DNA of 62,052 nucleotides, filler included, from Candidatus Omnitrophota bacterium (GTDB taxonomy: Bacteria > Omnitrophota > Gorgyraeia > Zapsychrales > JBDRMG01): NCBI GenBank assembly GCA_043812495.1. It is 7 parts of 7 records of this genome, joined end to end, with 100 filler letters (N's around TTAATTAATTAA, not from the genome) between each part and the next. Parts side by side here need not be neighbours in the genome. Positions count along the whole stretch, not along the records: positions 41,065 to 57,602 come from JBDRMG010000031.1; 6 more parts are not named here. One strand, 5' to 3'. The notes under the pieces were generated by a model, which searched no databases, was not told the DNA's origin, and saw nothing but the letters and a program-made list of their open reading frames with translations. The position numbers and the translations under genes were made by a program. Below, one piece after another: positions 48,442 to 57,702 of this stretch; the first letter of the stretch is position 1, and every line of letters starts with the position of its first letter.

Positions 48442-49407
48442 GTGGATTGTTCGATTTCAAATTCAAAAGACCTGAATGTTTCGCTCGAGAATGATGTTCC
48501 TCTTGCGCGCTTTACGACATTTGCGCTGGGCGGCCGGTGCCCTTGCGTTGCCACCTGCACAACAAAAGACGGGCTTCTTGGTGTCGTTCGAAAATTAAAC
48601 GAGGCCAAGCAGAAATTTATTGTTTTGGGCGGCGGCTCCAACTGTCTTGTTGCTGACGAAGGCGTGGATGCGTGTGTGGTCCGTTACGTCCACGATCAGC
48701 CCGTCATCAAACGTGAAGGGAATACACTCGATGTGTCGGCGGCAACGCCTGTCGATCAGCTGGCGGCCTTTGCGGCTGAACAGGGTCTTTCCGGCATCAA
48801 TTTTTTAAGCGGAATCTTGGGGACTGTGGGCGGCGCTGTTGCGGGTAATTCCGGGGCGTTTGGTAAGCAAATCAGCGACAGCCTTTTGAGCGTTACGCTC
48901 CTGAAAGAAAACGGACAAATGGATGAGGTCGGGCCCGGAAGTCTCGCCTTCGGTTACCGCGATTCATTGCTTAAGAAAACGCATGATATCGTGTTTTCCG
49001 TTAAAATCAGTTTGGTCCCTGGTGAAAAAGAAAAACTTTTAGCCGAGCGAGACGCTATTTTGGCCGAGCGCAAAGACAAGCACCCCGAGTGGACACGCTT
49101 TCCCACGGCCGGAAGCTTTTTTAAGAATATCGTTTCTGGCTCGCCGGACGCGCGCCGCGAACCCGCCGGATGGTACTTAGAACAGGCCGGCGTAAAGGAT
49201 TTATGCGTCAACGGCGCCTGTGTCTTTCCAAAGCACGCCAACATCATCATCAAGACAAAAGATTGCAGCGCTCAGGATGTCTATGATTTGTCCCAGCTCA
49301 TGCAAAAAGCTGTTTTGGATAAATTTGGAATTCAATTGGTCCGGGAAGTGCGTTGCGTAGGAAAATTCAAAGGGATGCCGGAGGGAATCGAAGAACTTAT
49401 CTGGTAG
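48442..49407 (+). CDS. murB: UDP-N-acetylmuramate dehydrogenase
   Basis: TTFALGG, GGGSN, GTVGGA..GNSGAFG, AGSFFKN, KHAN. Confidence 0.92.
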   Translation: MDCSISNSKDLNVSLENDVPLARFTTFALGGRCPCVATCTTKDGLLGVVRKLNEAKQKFIVLGGGSNCLVADEGVDACVVRYVHDQPVIKREGNTLDVSAATPVDQLAAFAAEQGLSGINFLSGILGTVGGAVAGNSGAFGKQISDSLLSVTLLKENGQMDEVGPGSLAFGYRDSLLKKTHDIVFSVKISLVPGEKEKLLAERDAILAERKDKHPEWTRFPTAGSFFKNIVSGSPDARREPAGWYLEQAGVKDLCVNGACVFPKHANIIIKTKDCSAQDVYDLSQLMQKAVLDKFGIQLVREVRCVGKFKGMPEGIEELIW

Positions 49408-49449
49408 GACTCTGCGGCCGCCTTGCTTAAGCAAGGCGGCCGCAGAGTC
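49408..49449. repeat. Perfect 42-bp palindrome between convergent murB and moaA
   Basis: GACTCTGCGGCCGCCTTGCTT|AAGCAAGGCGGCCGCAGAGTC. Confidence 0.95.
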
Positions 49450-50511
49450 TCACCCGCCTATTTTGTACATCTCCACTTTTTCTCGCTTTATATTCTGCCG
49501 TTGCAAGGATGTTCTTAGTTCCGAATAATGGTCTTCTCTTTTGCGCCAAAAGCGGCTGATCATTTCACCTAGTTTTGAATCCTCAAGGCCTTGGCGCAGA
49601 CAATCGCGAAGAGGCAAGCCGTTTCCCGCAAACAAACACGGATAAAGCGTTCCATCCGCTGAAAGCCGCAAGCGCGTGCAATCACCGCAAAAAGGCTGAG
49701 ACACGGAGGAAACAAAACCGATCTCTCCTTGTCCGTCGATATAACGGTAGCGTTGAGCCACCTCGCCGCGGTAATTCGGCTCGGTACACTCAAGCGGAAA
49801 AAGCGCGTCAAGGGCATTCAAAATGTCCTGCGATGGAACAACCGCTTTACAAGACCAGTTGTTCGCATTTCCGACGTCCATGAATTCAATGAAACGGACG
49901 ATGCAGTCCGACCCTCGAAAATATCTGGCCAAGTCAAGAATATCTTTTTCGTTTATATTTTTCTGGATAACGGCGTTGATTTTAATCGGTGAAAAACCTT
50001 GCCGTTGGGCTTCACGAATACCTTCCAGAACCTGACGAACCGAGCCCCGGTTTCCGCTTAAAATCCGGAATATTTCTTCGTTTAATGTGTCCACACTTAC
50101 GGTGATGCGGCCCAGGCCGGCTTCCTTGAGAACGCGGGCATATTGAGACAAATAAATCCCGTTGGTTGTCAGGGCGATATTATCGATTCCTTCGATTTGA
50201 TTCAGCCGATGAATAAGATCTGCAAGGTTTTCTTTTAAAAGCGGTTCTCCGCCGGTTAGGCGTATTTTTCTGACACCAAGCTCTGCGCATTGTCGCGCAA
50301 TTCGCTCAATTTCCTCAAAGGTCAACAGCTCATCGGTTTTTAGAAATTGGTAGAGCAGCGGTTTCGTAACCGCCGGCATGCAGTAAGGACAGCGCAGATT
50401 GCATTGATCAATAACGGAAATCCGTAGGTCCTGCAAAGGCCGTTGAAGCTGGTCAAGCGTTACGCATTGATCTTTAAGTGTCGTGGTCGAGCATTGAGCA
50501 ATTTTATTCAT
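49450..50511 (-). CDS. moaA: GTP 3',8-cyclase
   Basis: LRISV..CNLRCPYCM, FCGDCTRLR, C-terminal IGG. Confidence 0.96.
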   Translation of the reverse strand: MNKIAQCSTTTLKDQCVTLDQLQRPLQDLRISVIDQCNLRCPYCMPAVTKPLLYQFLKTDELLTFEEIERIARQCAELGVRKIRLTGGEPLLKENLADLIHRLNQIEGIDNIALTTNGIYLSQYARVLKEAGLGRITVSVDTLNEEIFRILSGNRGSVRQVLEGIREAQRQGFSPIKINAVIQKNINEKDILDLARYFRGSDCIVRFIEFMDVGNANNWSCKAVVPSQDILNALDALFPLECTEPNYRGEVAQRYRYIDGQGEIGFVSSVSQPFCGDCTRLRLSADGTLYPCLFAGNGLPLRDCLRQGLEDSKLGEMISRFWRKREDHYSELRTSLQRQNIKREKVEMYKIGG

Positions 50512-51256
50512 GTCTTAAAACCTTGATGATTTTGCTGTTGCATTTCAAAAGGGGCGCGCCGATTTGATTGAGACAATCAGGTATCGCCGGAAAAATCGCT
50601 TTCAAGCAGATTTCAATGGCTTGCGGTCGACCCGGCAAATTCACAATCAAGGTCTTTTGGCGTATTCCTGCGGTTTGCCTTGAAAGAATGGCCGTGGGAA
50701 CCTGTGCGAGTGAAGCATTGCGCATTTGTTCTCCAAAACCGGGAAGCATTTTATCGCAAACAGCGTTTGTTGCCTCAGGAGTGACGTCGCGCGCAGACGG
50801 GCCCGTGCCGCCGGTTGTAATCACAAGACAGCACTTTTCTTGATCAGAAAGGTGCTTCAGCGCCTCTTCAATTATTTTTTGTTCGTCCGGAATGATTTTT
50901 GAAATTGGCGTCCAAGGAGAAATGAGGTAGGTGTTTAGCAAATCCGAAACAGCTTTTCCGGACAGGTCCTCGTATTCTTTGCGGCTGGCCCGGTCGGAAA
51001 TCGTAAGAATACCGATTTTGATCCGCCTTCGCTGCCGCCTTTGGCGAGTCTCGCCTTTGGCGGGAAGGCCACGGTCTTGCCCGCGGATGAGTGAAAAAGT
51101 TTGCTTCGGCGAGATTTCGCCCGCATGGTCAAGCCCGCAAAGATTAGGGCGGATCATTCCTGCGAAGCCCAAACGTGAAAACATTTGGGCGAAGCAGAAT
51201 ATTCTCACGGCACCACGGGCTTGCCCATGGGGCTCAATTTCTTTTTGATCTTTCAT
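50504..51256 (-). CDS. mog: Molybdopterin adenylyltransferase with a repeat-derived N-terminal extension
   Basis: ILTISDRAS..YEDLSG, TTGGTG, PGFGEQMR, AILSRQ, NLPG; start uncertain. Confidence 0.85.
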   Translation of the reverse strand: MKDQKEIEPHGQARGAVRIFCFAQMFSRLGFAGMIRPNLCGLDHAGEISPKQTFSLIRGQDRGLPAKGETRQRRQRRRIKIGILTISDRASRKEYEDLSGKAVSDLLNTYLISPWTPISKIIPDEQKIIEEALKHLSDQEKCCLVITTGGTGPSARDVTPEATNAVCDKMLPGFGEQMRNASLAQVPTAILSRQTAGIRQKTLIVNLPGRPQAIEICLKAIFPAIPDCLNQIGAPLLKCNSKIIKVLRHE

Positions 51257-51263
51257 GAAAAAT

Positions 51264-51443
51264 TTATGCGAAGAATTTATCGCCGACAGCCCAGTTTTCG
51301 CCGGAGACTTCATCAATCACAAGATACGTATGTTCTTTGGGTTTGTTGGCGACTTTGAGCAGCGTGTCCGAAAACTGTTTGGCAATTTCCTTTTTTTGGT
51401 CTTTGGAAAGCTGGCCGACCAATTTAAGATTTATATAAGGCAT
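51264..51443 (-). CDS. 4-oxalocrotonate tautomerase-family protein (59 aa, not in the ORF track)
   Basis: AAGGAG SD; MPYINLKLVGQLSKDQKKEIAKQFSDTLLKVANKPKEHTYLVIDEVSGENWAVGDKFFA with Pro immediately after Met. Confidence 0.88.
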   Translation of the reverse strand: MPYINLKLVGQLSKDQKKEIAKQFSDTLLKVANKPKEHTYLVIDEVSGENWAVGDKFFA

Positions 51444-51487
51444 ACAGACTCCTTTTAAGGGGGTACGAAAGATTTATGAAATGAACA

Positions 51488-52090
51488 TTAACCTTTACTC
51501 AAAAGAAAAATACCGATGCGGCCTAAAAGATTGCGGAACGACGTGATTTCACTTTTTGCGGTGATGGTACGCTCCTGTTCCACGATGATGCCTTTGGCTT
51601 TGCAAAAAAGGCGAAAATCCTTAATGCTCAAAAACCTTAGGTTCGGGGTGTCATACCATTGATACGGTAATTCTTTGGTCACAGGCACCCGTCCTTGAAA
51701 AAAGATTTGAAACCGGCCGATGATGTGGCAAAAATTCGGAATACCCACAATGGCCTTCTTGCCGACGCGAAGCGATTCTAAGATGACCTTCTCGGGATGC
51801 AGAACCTCCTGAAGGCTTTCGTTAAGAATCACGTAATCAAATCGTTTATCCGAATAGTCCGCAAGACCCGAATCAATATCCCCCTGGGAGACCGTGAGCC
51901 CTTTTTCGACACACTGATAAATCGCCGATTCGTTGATTTCGATTCCTGTGGCGCGGGCATTCTTTTCTTGAATCAAAAGAGACAACAAATCCCCGTTGCC
52001 GCATCCCAAGTCCAAAACCTTAGAATCCGGCTCAATTAAGTCCGTGATCACCCGGTAATCGAGGCGATTGCTTTTATCCTGCGCGCTCAT
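51488..52090 (-). CDS. metW: Methionine biosynthesis protein MetW
   Basis: [19 protein letters not shown]; coupled to metX. Confidence 0.92.
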   Translation of the reverse strand: MSAQDKSNRLDYRVITDLIEPDSKVLDLGCGNGDLLSLLIQEKNARATGIEINESAIYQCVEKGLTVSQGDIDSGLADYSDKRFDYVILNESLQEVLHPEKVILESLRVGKKAIVGIPNFCHIIGRFQIFFQGRVPVTKELPYQWYDTPNLRFLSIKDFRLFCKAKGIIVEQERTITAKSEITSFRNLLGRIGIFLLSKG

Positions 52091-53235
52091 TTCGATACCT
52101 CTTTGGTTATTTTACTCAAGAAAGGAGTGATGAGTCGAGACTGGTCTTCCGCTTCTATCAAGAAAGCATCGTGGCCGTAATCCGAACTGATTTCACAATA
52201 GGAAACGTCCAGATCATTGGCCTTGACGGCCCGGACAATCTCCTGTGTTTGATAAGGAGGATACAGCCAGTCCGAAGTAAAGGCGATCACAAGAAAATGT
52301 GCCTTAGCTTTTTTAAACGCGTCCGTCAGGCTTTTTCCCTTGGCCAGATCAAAATAATCCAAGGCCTTGGTGATGTAGATATAGGAATTCGCGTCAAAAC
52401 GCTGGACAAAGCTATCGCCCTGATATTTCAGATAGCTTTCCACCTGAAAATCATTCGAGAAATCAAATCCAACGCGTTCTTTTTCGATGAGCTCCCGGCC
52501 AAATTTAGCGGCCATGGATTTATCGCTCATGTACGTGATGTGACCGATCATGCGCGCGACCGCAAGACCGCGCGCCGGAGTTGATTTACCGTAATAATCG
52601 CCGCCTTGCCAGTCCGGGTCAGCCATGACCGCTTGACGGCCAACTTCATTAAAAGCAATCTGCTGGGCTGTATGTCCGGCGCTTGCGGCAATCACGATCA
52701 CCGAGCAGACATTGTCCGGATAATGCACGGCCCATTTAAGGACTTGCATGCCGCCCATGGACCCGCCGGCTACTGAAAGCAGTTTTTTGATGCCTAAATG
52801 GTCAATGAGTTTTTTCTGCGCGTTGACCATGTCTTTAATCGTTACAACAGGAAAACTTAACCCGTAGGGTTTGTTTGTTTTAGGATTGATGGAGGAAGGC
52901 CCCGTGCTTCCTTTGCATCCGCCGATCACATTCGCACAAATGACAAAATATTTATTGGTATCAAAAGACTTACCGGGACCGATCATGTTGTCCCACCATC
53001 CCGGTTTCTTTCCACCCGTATGAAATCCGGCCGCGTGCGCGTCACCCGAAAGCGCGTGCACGATGAGAACCGCATTAGACTTCTTCTCGTTGAGCGTGCC
53101 GTATGTCTCGTACGCTAATGTGATGGGCCCGAGCTTAAGTCCGCTCTCTAGCAGCATTTCATTGGGCGCTTGGGCAAAGGTCAGATATTGGGTTTCTACC
53201 AGGCCGATGCTGTTTTGAGGTTGAGGATTGTTCAT
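52087..53235 (-). CDS. metX: Homoserine O-acetyltransferase
   Basis: [29 protein letters not shown]. Confidence 0.95.
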   Translation of the reverse strand: MNNPQPQNSIGLVETQYLTFAQAPNEMLLESGLKLGPITLAYETYGTLNEKKSNAVLIVHALSGDAHAAGFHTGGKKPGWWDNMIGPGKSFDTNKYFVICANVIGGCKGSTGPSSINPKTNKPYGLSFPVVTIKDMVNAQKKLIDHLGIKKLLSVAGGSMGGMQVLKWAVHYPDNVCSVIVIAASAGHTAQQIAFNEVGRQAVMADPDWQGGDYYGKSTPARGLAVARMIGHITYMSDKSMAAKFGRELIEKERVGFDFSNDFQVESYLKYQGDSFVQRFDANSYIYITKALDYFDLAKGKSLTDAFKKAKAHFLVIAFTSDWLYPPYQTQEIVRAVKANDLDVSYCEISSDYGHDAFLIEAEDQSRLITPFLSKITKEVSK

Positions 53236-53367
53236 GGTTTTTTACTCGTTGTTTATTTCGCCTAAAGGCAAATTAGTTTTTTCATAATAGCATAGCCGGA
53301 AACGCAGGTCAATGTTATCTGTAAAGTGAATTTGAACGAATCCAACGATGATATTTATTAAGGTTAA

Positions 53368-53515
53368 CCGGCGATCGGGTGATCAGGGACTAGGATATCA
53401 GGAGATGCGGGGACAGGGACAGGTAAAAATCCTATCTGGTAAATATGTCCCCAATATCCCAATACCCAAATCTCCTAGTCCAAGATTCCCGGGTTACCTG
53501 ATGACCTGAATTGAT
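53368..53515. repeat. Degenerate short-unit (about 8-mer) repeat tract with inverted halves
   Basis: ggatatca/gggacagg-type units followed by complementary cccaatat/acctgatg units. Confidence 0.5.
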
Positions 53516-53543
53516 ATTGATCCGCACTCATCTGCGGGGTAAA

Positions 53544-54476
53544 TTATCTATTATCCAAAACGGATTGAACCATGCGTACATTTTCTATTATATGGTTTTT
53601 AGCACGTCTTAAAGGGGAATCCTTAGGAATTTTGATCTGATCAAGCCGATGCGCGTTGTGATCAAAAAAATCAAACCCGACACCGCTTTGCGGCCAAAAC
53701 TCTTTCCAGTCCGTTAGCGGAACTTTATCGTGATTAAATGGACAGACTTCCTGGCAAATGTCGCATCCAAAGACCCACCCTTGAGATTCCCGCGCCTCCT
53801 TCTTAGCGTAGGATTTCTTGCGCTCGATCGATCTGTAGCTGATACATCGAGATGTATCAAGAATAGAGTTGGCTTTTATGGCCTTGGTCGGGCAGGCCTC
53901 AATGCATTTGCGGCATCGACCGCAGTTTCTTTTTAATGTTGCGTCAGGTGAAAAACCTTTGGTTGTCAGGACAACGCCGATGAAAAAATAGGAACCCAGC
54001 CCGGGTCTTATGACCATGGTATTTTTTCCCAAGAATCCGATACCGCTTAAAAGGGCTAGATTCCTCTCGGCCAAGGGACGGCTATCCACGCCGCTGTAGC
54101 ATTGAATTTGAGGCTCTTTGAATTTTAAAAAGACTTCTAGTTGAATCAATTTTTCCATGATGACGGGATGATAATCCTGACCCACGGCATAGCGCGCGAT
54201 TTTAAAGCGTTCATCAAGCCGTTTTTTATGCGTATTCTTGTAGTTTTTGATGACGACAATCGCCGATCGCGCGTTCGTCAATAAATGCTGAGGGTGCTCC
54301 TTGAGATCAAGATGCCTTTTGAGGTATTCCATATCCGCCTGAAAGCCTTTTTTGAGCCATGATCGGTAACGCGCGAGTGATTTTTTGTTTGGGATATGGC
54401 AAAAACGGCAATCGTCGAAGCCGAGATTTTCGGTGACAAAAGTGCGGATTTTTTGTTTGAGTATTGCTTGTCCCAT
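53544..54476 (-). CDS. queG: Epoxyqueuosine reductase
   Basis: ARYAVGQDYH, GKN, CGRCRKCIEACPT, FGCDICQEVCP. Confidence 0.93.
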   Translation of the reverse strand: MGQAILKQKIRTFVTENLGFDDCRFCHIPNKKSLARYRSWLKKGFQADMEYLKRHLDLKEHPQHLLTNARSAIVVIKNYKNTHKKRLDERFKIARYAVGQDYHPVIMEKLIQLEVFLKFKEPQIQCYSGVDSRPLAERNLALLSGIGFLGKNTMVIRPGLGSYFFIGVVLTTKGFSPDATLKRNCGRCRKCIEACPTKAIKANSILDTSRCISYRSIERKKSYAKKEARESQGWVFGCDICQEVCPFNHDKVPLTDWKEFWPQSGVGFDFFDHNAHRLDQIKIPKDSPLRRAKNHIIENVRMVQSVLDNR

Positions 54477-54485
54477 GAAGTCTTA

Positions 54486-54598
54486 ATATCAAATGTCAAA
54501 ATTCCAATGTCAAATCAATGACCAATATCAAATGTCAAATCGGAAATTTGGAATTGGGCATTTGACATTTATTTGACATTTGAGATTTGCCATTTGTC
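54486..54598. repeat. Heptamer (AATGTCA-type) tandem tract followed by its inverted complement
   Basis: caaatgtcaaa... then ...tttgacattt. Confidence 0.75.
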
Positions 54599-55967
54599 AT
54601 TGACCCGTTACTCTTGCCTTGAGGACGTGCGCCGTCGCTTCCGTGATTTGCACACGGATGAGTTGGCCGGTCTTGTAAGGGCCGGACGGAATGATGACGA
54701 TTTTATTGTCATCCGTCCGGCCCTGAAAATCTTTTTCGGATTTCTCGGTTGATGTGGCTTCGATGAGGATTTCTTCGTTTTTGCCGATGCGGGTCTGGTT
54801 CTTCTTTAAGGAAATTGTCTTTTGAAGCGCGTTCAACTCAACGATTCTTTTTGTTTTTTCATCCGCCGAGACATCGTCTTTGTATTTGCGCGCCGCAAGT
54901 GTTCGGGGCCGCGGAGAATATTTAAAAATAAACGCGGAATCGAACTCCACGTCTTCCATCACCTTTCTTGTGTCCGCGTATTCGCTCGGATTTTCCGTAG
55001 GAAAGCCCACAATCACGTCTGTGGTCAAAGAAGTCTGTGGGCAATGTTTCCGAATTAATTTGACAAGACCAAGATAATCTTTTTGCGTGTACCCGCGGTT
55101 CATCAATTTCAGTATTCTTGTGTTTCCCGATTGCAAAGGCAAATGGATATGTTTGCAGATATTCGCCTCGGAGGCGATTATCTCCAGAAGCCTTTCTGGA
55201 AAATCTTTCGGGTGCGGGGACATAAAGCGGATGCGCTTAAGACCGTTGATATCGCTTATCTTCTTGATTAACGATGTGAAATCGTCACTGCCGAATTTAT
55301 ATGAATTAACATTTTGGCCGAGCAGGGTAATCTGAGGATATCCGTTTTGAACGGCGTCTTTGGCTTCGCTTAAGATGCTCTCAGCGGATCGGCTTCTTTC
55401 ACGGCCGCGTGCGTAAGGGACAACACAAAAGGTGCAGAAATTATCGCATCCGCGCATAATGGAAATCCAGGCATTGACGCCGGGCATGCGCGCCGGCACA
55501 ATGTCCGAGTATGTTTCAGTTTTGGATAATGCCACGTCTCTCGTCCCTCGTCTCTCATCCCTCGTCTCTCGTCCCTCGTCCCTCAGGCTTTTTTCAATTA
55601 ATTCGGGCAGCCGCTTGTAACTGTCCGGCCCAGCCATAAAATCAATGCCGAGCTTCTTGCTATCGATCAATTTTTCTTTTTGGACAGTTGCCATGCACCC
55701 CAAGAGGCCAATCAAAGGTGGCTTATCGTTACGATTGTTGCGTACCCGATGAGCAAAATTGAGGGCTTTTCTATCCGCATTATCCCTGACGGTGCAGGTG
55801 TTGATGAGGACGATGTCGGCCTGATTTTCGTTGTCCGTGAAGCGAAAGCCCTTTGCCTCAAGAATTCCGCGGATTAATTCAGAATCATTTTCATTCATCT
55901 GACATCCGAAAGTCTTGATACAGACTCGGAGCGAATTTTCTTTATAAGTTTTTGATTTGTTTGACAT
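54597..55967 (-). CDS. miaB: tRNA-2-methylthio-N6-dimethylallyladenosine synthase
   Basis: TFGCQMNENDSE, NTCTVRDNA, GCDNFCTFCVVPYARGRERSR, TRAM domain. Confidence 0.95.
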   Translation of the reverse strand: MSNKSKTYKENSLRVCIKTFGCQMNENDSELIRGILEAKGFRFTDNENQADIVLINTCTVRDNADRKALNFAHRVRNNRNDKPPLIGLLGCMATVQKEKLIDSKKLGIDFMAGPDSYKRLPELIEKSLRDEGRETRDERRGTRDVALSKTETYSDIVPARMPGVNAWISIMRGCDNFCTFCVVPYARGRERSRSAESILSEAKDAVQNGYPQITLLGQNVNSYKFGSDDFTSLIKKISDINGLKRIRFMSPHPKDFPERLLEIIASEANICKHIHLPLQSGNTRILKLMNRGYTQKDYLGLVKLIRKHCPQTSLTTDVIVGFPTENPSEYADTRKVMEDVEFDSAFIFKYSPRPRTLAARKYKDDVSADEKTKRIVELNALQKTISLKKNQTRIGKNEEILIEATSTEKSEKDFQGRTDDNKIVIIPSGPYKTGQLIRVQITEATAHVLKARVTGQ

Positions 55968-57547
55968 TGTGATTTTTCTTTCTCCTCAAAAAATAAAAAA
56001 TTAAAGGGGGCGAAAAAAGAAAAAGAAAAAATTTTCTTTTGGGCGATTTTGATGTTTTTAAAAAGCAGATTTAATATGAGTTTTTTAGTCTCTAAATCCA
56101 TCGTTTTCTTGTTCGGATTGTAGCCATCCAAAAACTCCTCTACCCTATTCAAATATTCTTTTGACCGCTCCCTCTCAATCTCTCTAACCTCTTGCAGAGC
56201 AATAAGTTTCTTCAGTTCCTCTTCTTCGTTTCTTAGTCCTTCGTTTTTCTGTTTGTATAATTCTTCGCTAAGCAAATTTTCCAAATAGGCGTCAGTCAAT
56301 TTTGACTGTTTTTTGAGATTATTTTCAAGCCTATTTTTGACCTTCTCAAGGTCAGTTTTTGAGATTTTCTCAAAAATTGGGAAATTTGCGTCATTTTTAA
56401 AAGTCACGTTCGTCCATCGGCTCGTTTTTAGCTTGTCGCTTTTGAGTAATGTTTCTAGGAGACCGGCAACTTCTGATTCGATCTCATTAGCTTTGACGCT
56501 CTTGTTTTTGCACCTGATAAAACTCCTGTAAGGTCCAACGCAACGATACCATCGCTTCTTAACGCCTGTGCGGTGATTAGAGATTGATGAAATACCTAAG
56601 TATTTATGATTACATTTCGCACAGTAAAGAATGCCAGATAGCGGATAATCGTTTGCCTTTTTCCTTCGTTCAATCCTTCGTGTTTTCAGTTTTTCTTGTA
56701 CTGCTTCAAAATCATCGTCTGGGATTATAGGCTGATGTTTCCCTTGCGAAATGATAATTTTATCCGGTGGGTTCTTTATGTAGCGATAACCCTTCTTCGT
56801 CTTTTGAGTCTTATCGTAATAATGCCTGTTCCAGACAAGCTTGCCTGTATAGATTCTGTTCCTTAAGATATCGCCAATTAGCTTTGTGCTAAAGATATTG
56901 CCTTTTCTGTTGCGACATCCTTTTTTCGTAAGGTATTCGGCAATAGCAAAGATACTCTTATCGCAGAGAAACATTGTATAGATGAGCTTGACAACTTTCT
57001 CTTCTTTCTCATCTGCTTCTAAAAGCTTTTTCTCTTTGTTGTAGTTATAACCGTAAGGCGCATACCTTGCCCCCTGCCAATTACCTTGCTGTACTCCTTT
57101 AACCATTCCCAGAAATACTCTCTCTGCAATCCTGTTCCTCTCAAACTCAGCGAATGAACCCAACTGCTGAAACATTAGCTTTCCAGCCGAGGTTGTGCTA
57201 TCAAACGGCTCGGTGGCTGATTTGTAGCCAATGCCTAACGAATCAAATTCCTCAAGTAACCCTAACAGATCTTTGAGCCGACGGCTCAGGCGATCCTGCT
57301 TATAGACCAGAATCAGATCAAAGTGCTTATTGCGCGCGTCAAACAAAAGCCTCTGTAGCGCAGGTCTATCCATATTGCCGCCGGAATAACCGTCATCCAT
57401 ATAAACATCTCTTCCGGACATACTGCAAAATACATCCCAACCAAAATTCTTGGCATACTGCAAAAGATAATTGCGCTGAACCTCCAGCGAAAACCCTTCC
57501 CGCGCCTGATCCTCTGTGCTGACTCTCGTATATAACGCTACTTTCAT
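55895..57547 (-). mobile_element. Large serine recombinase (integrase) of an integrated element
   Basis: YTRVSTEDQ catalytic Ser motif, DRLSR, PYGY, HQPII, zinc ribbon LSGILYCAKC...YRC, coiled coil. Confidence 0.93.
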
Positions 57548-57702
57548 TTGTTACCCGGCTTATTTTTGCTTTTTTTCTCAATTCTTTTTGCAAGAAGCCT
57601 TANNNNNNNNNNNNNNNNNNNNNNNNNNNNNNNNNNNNNNNNNNNNTTAATTAATTAANNNNNNNNNNNNNNNNNNNNNNNNNNNNNNNNNNNNNNNNNN
57701 NN

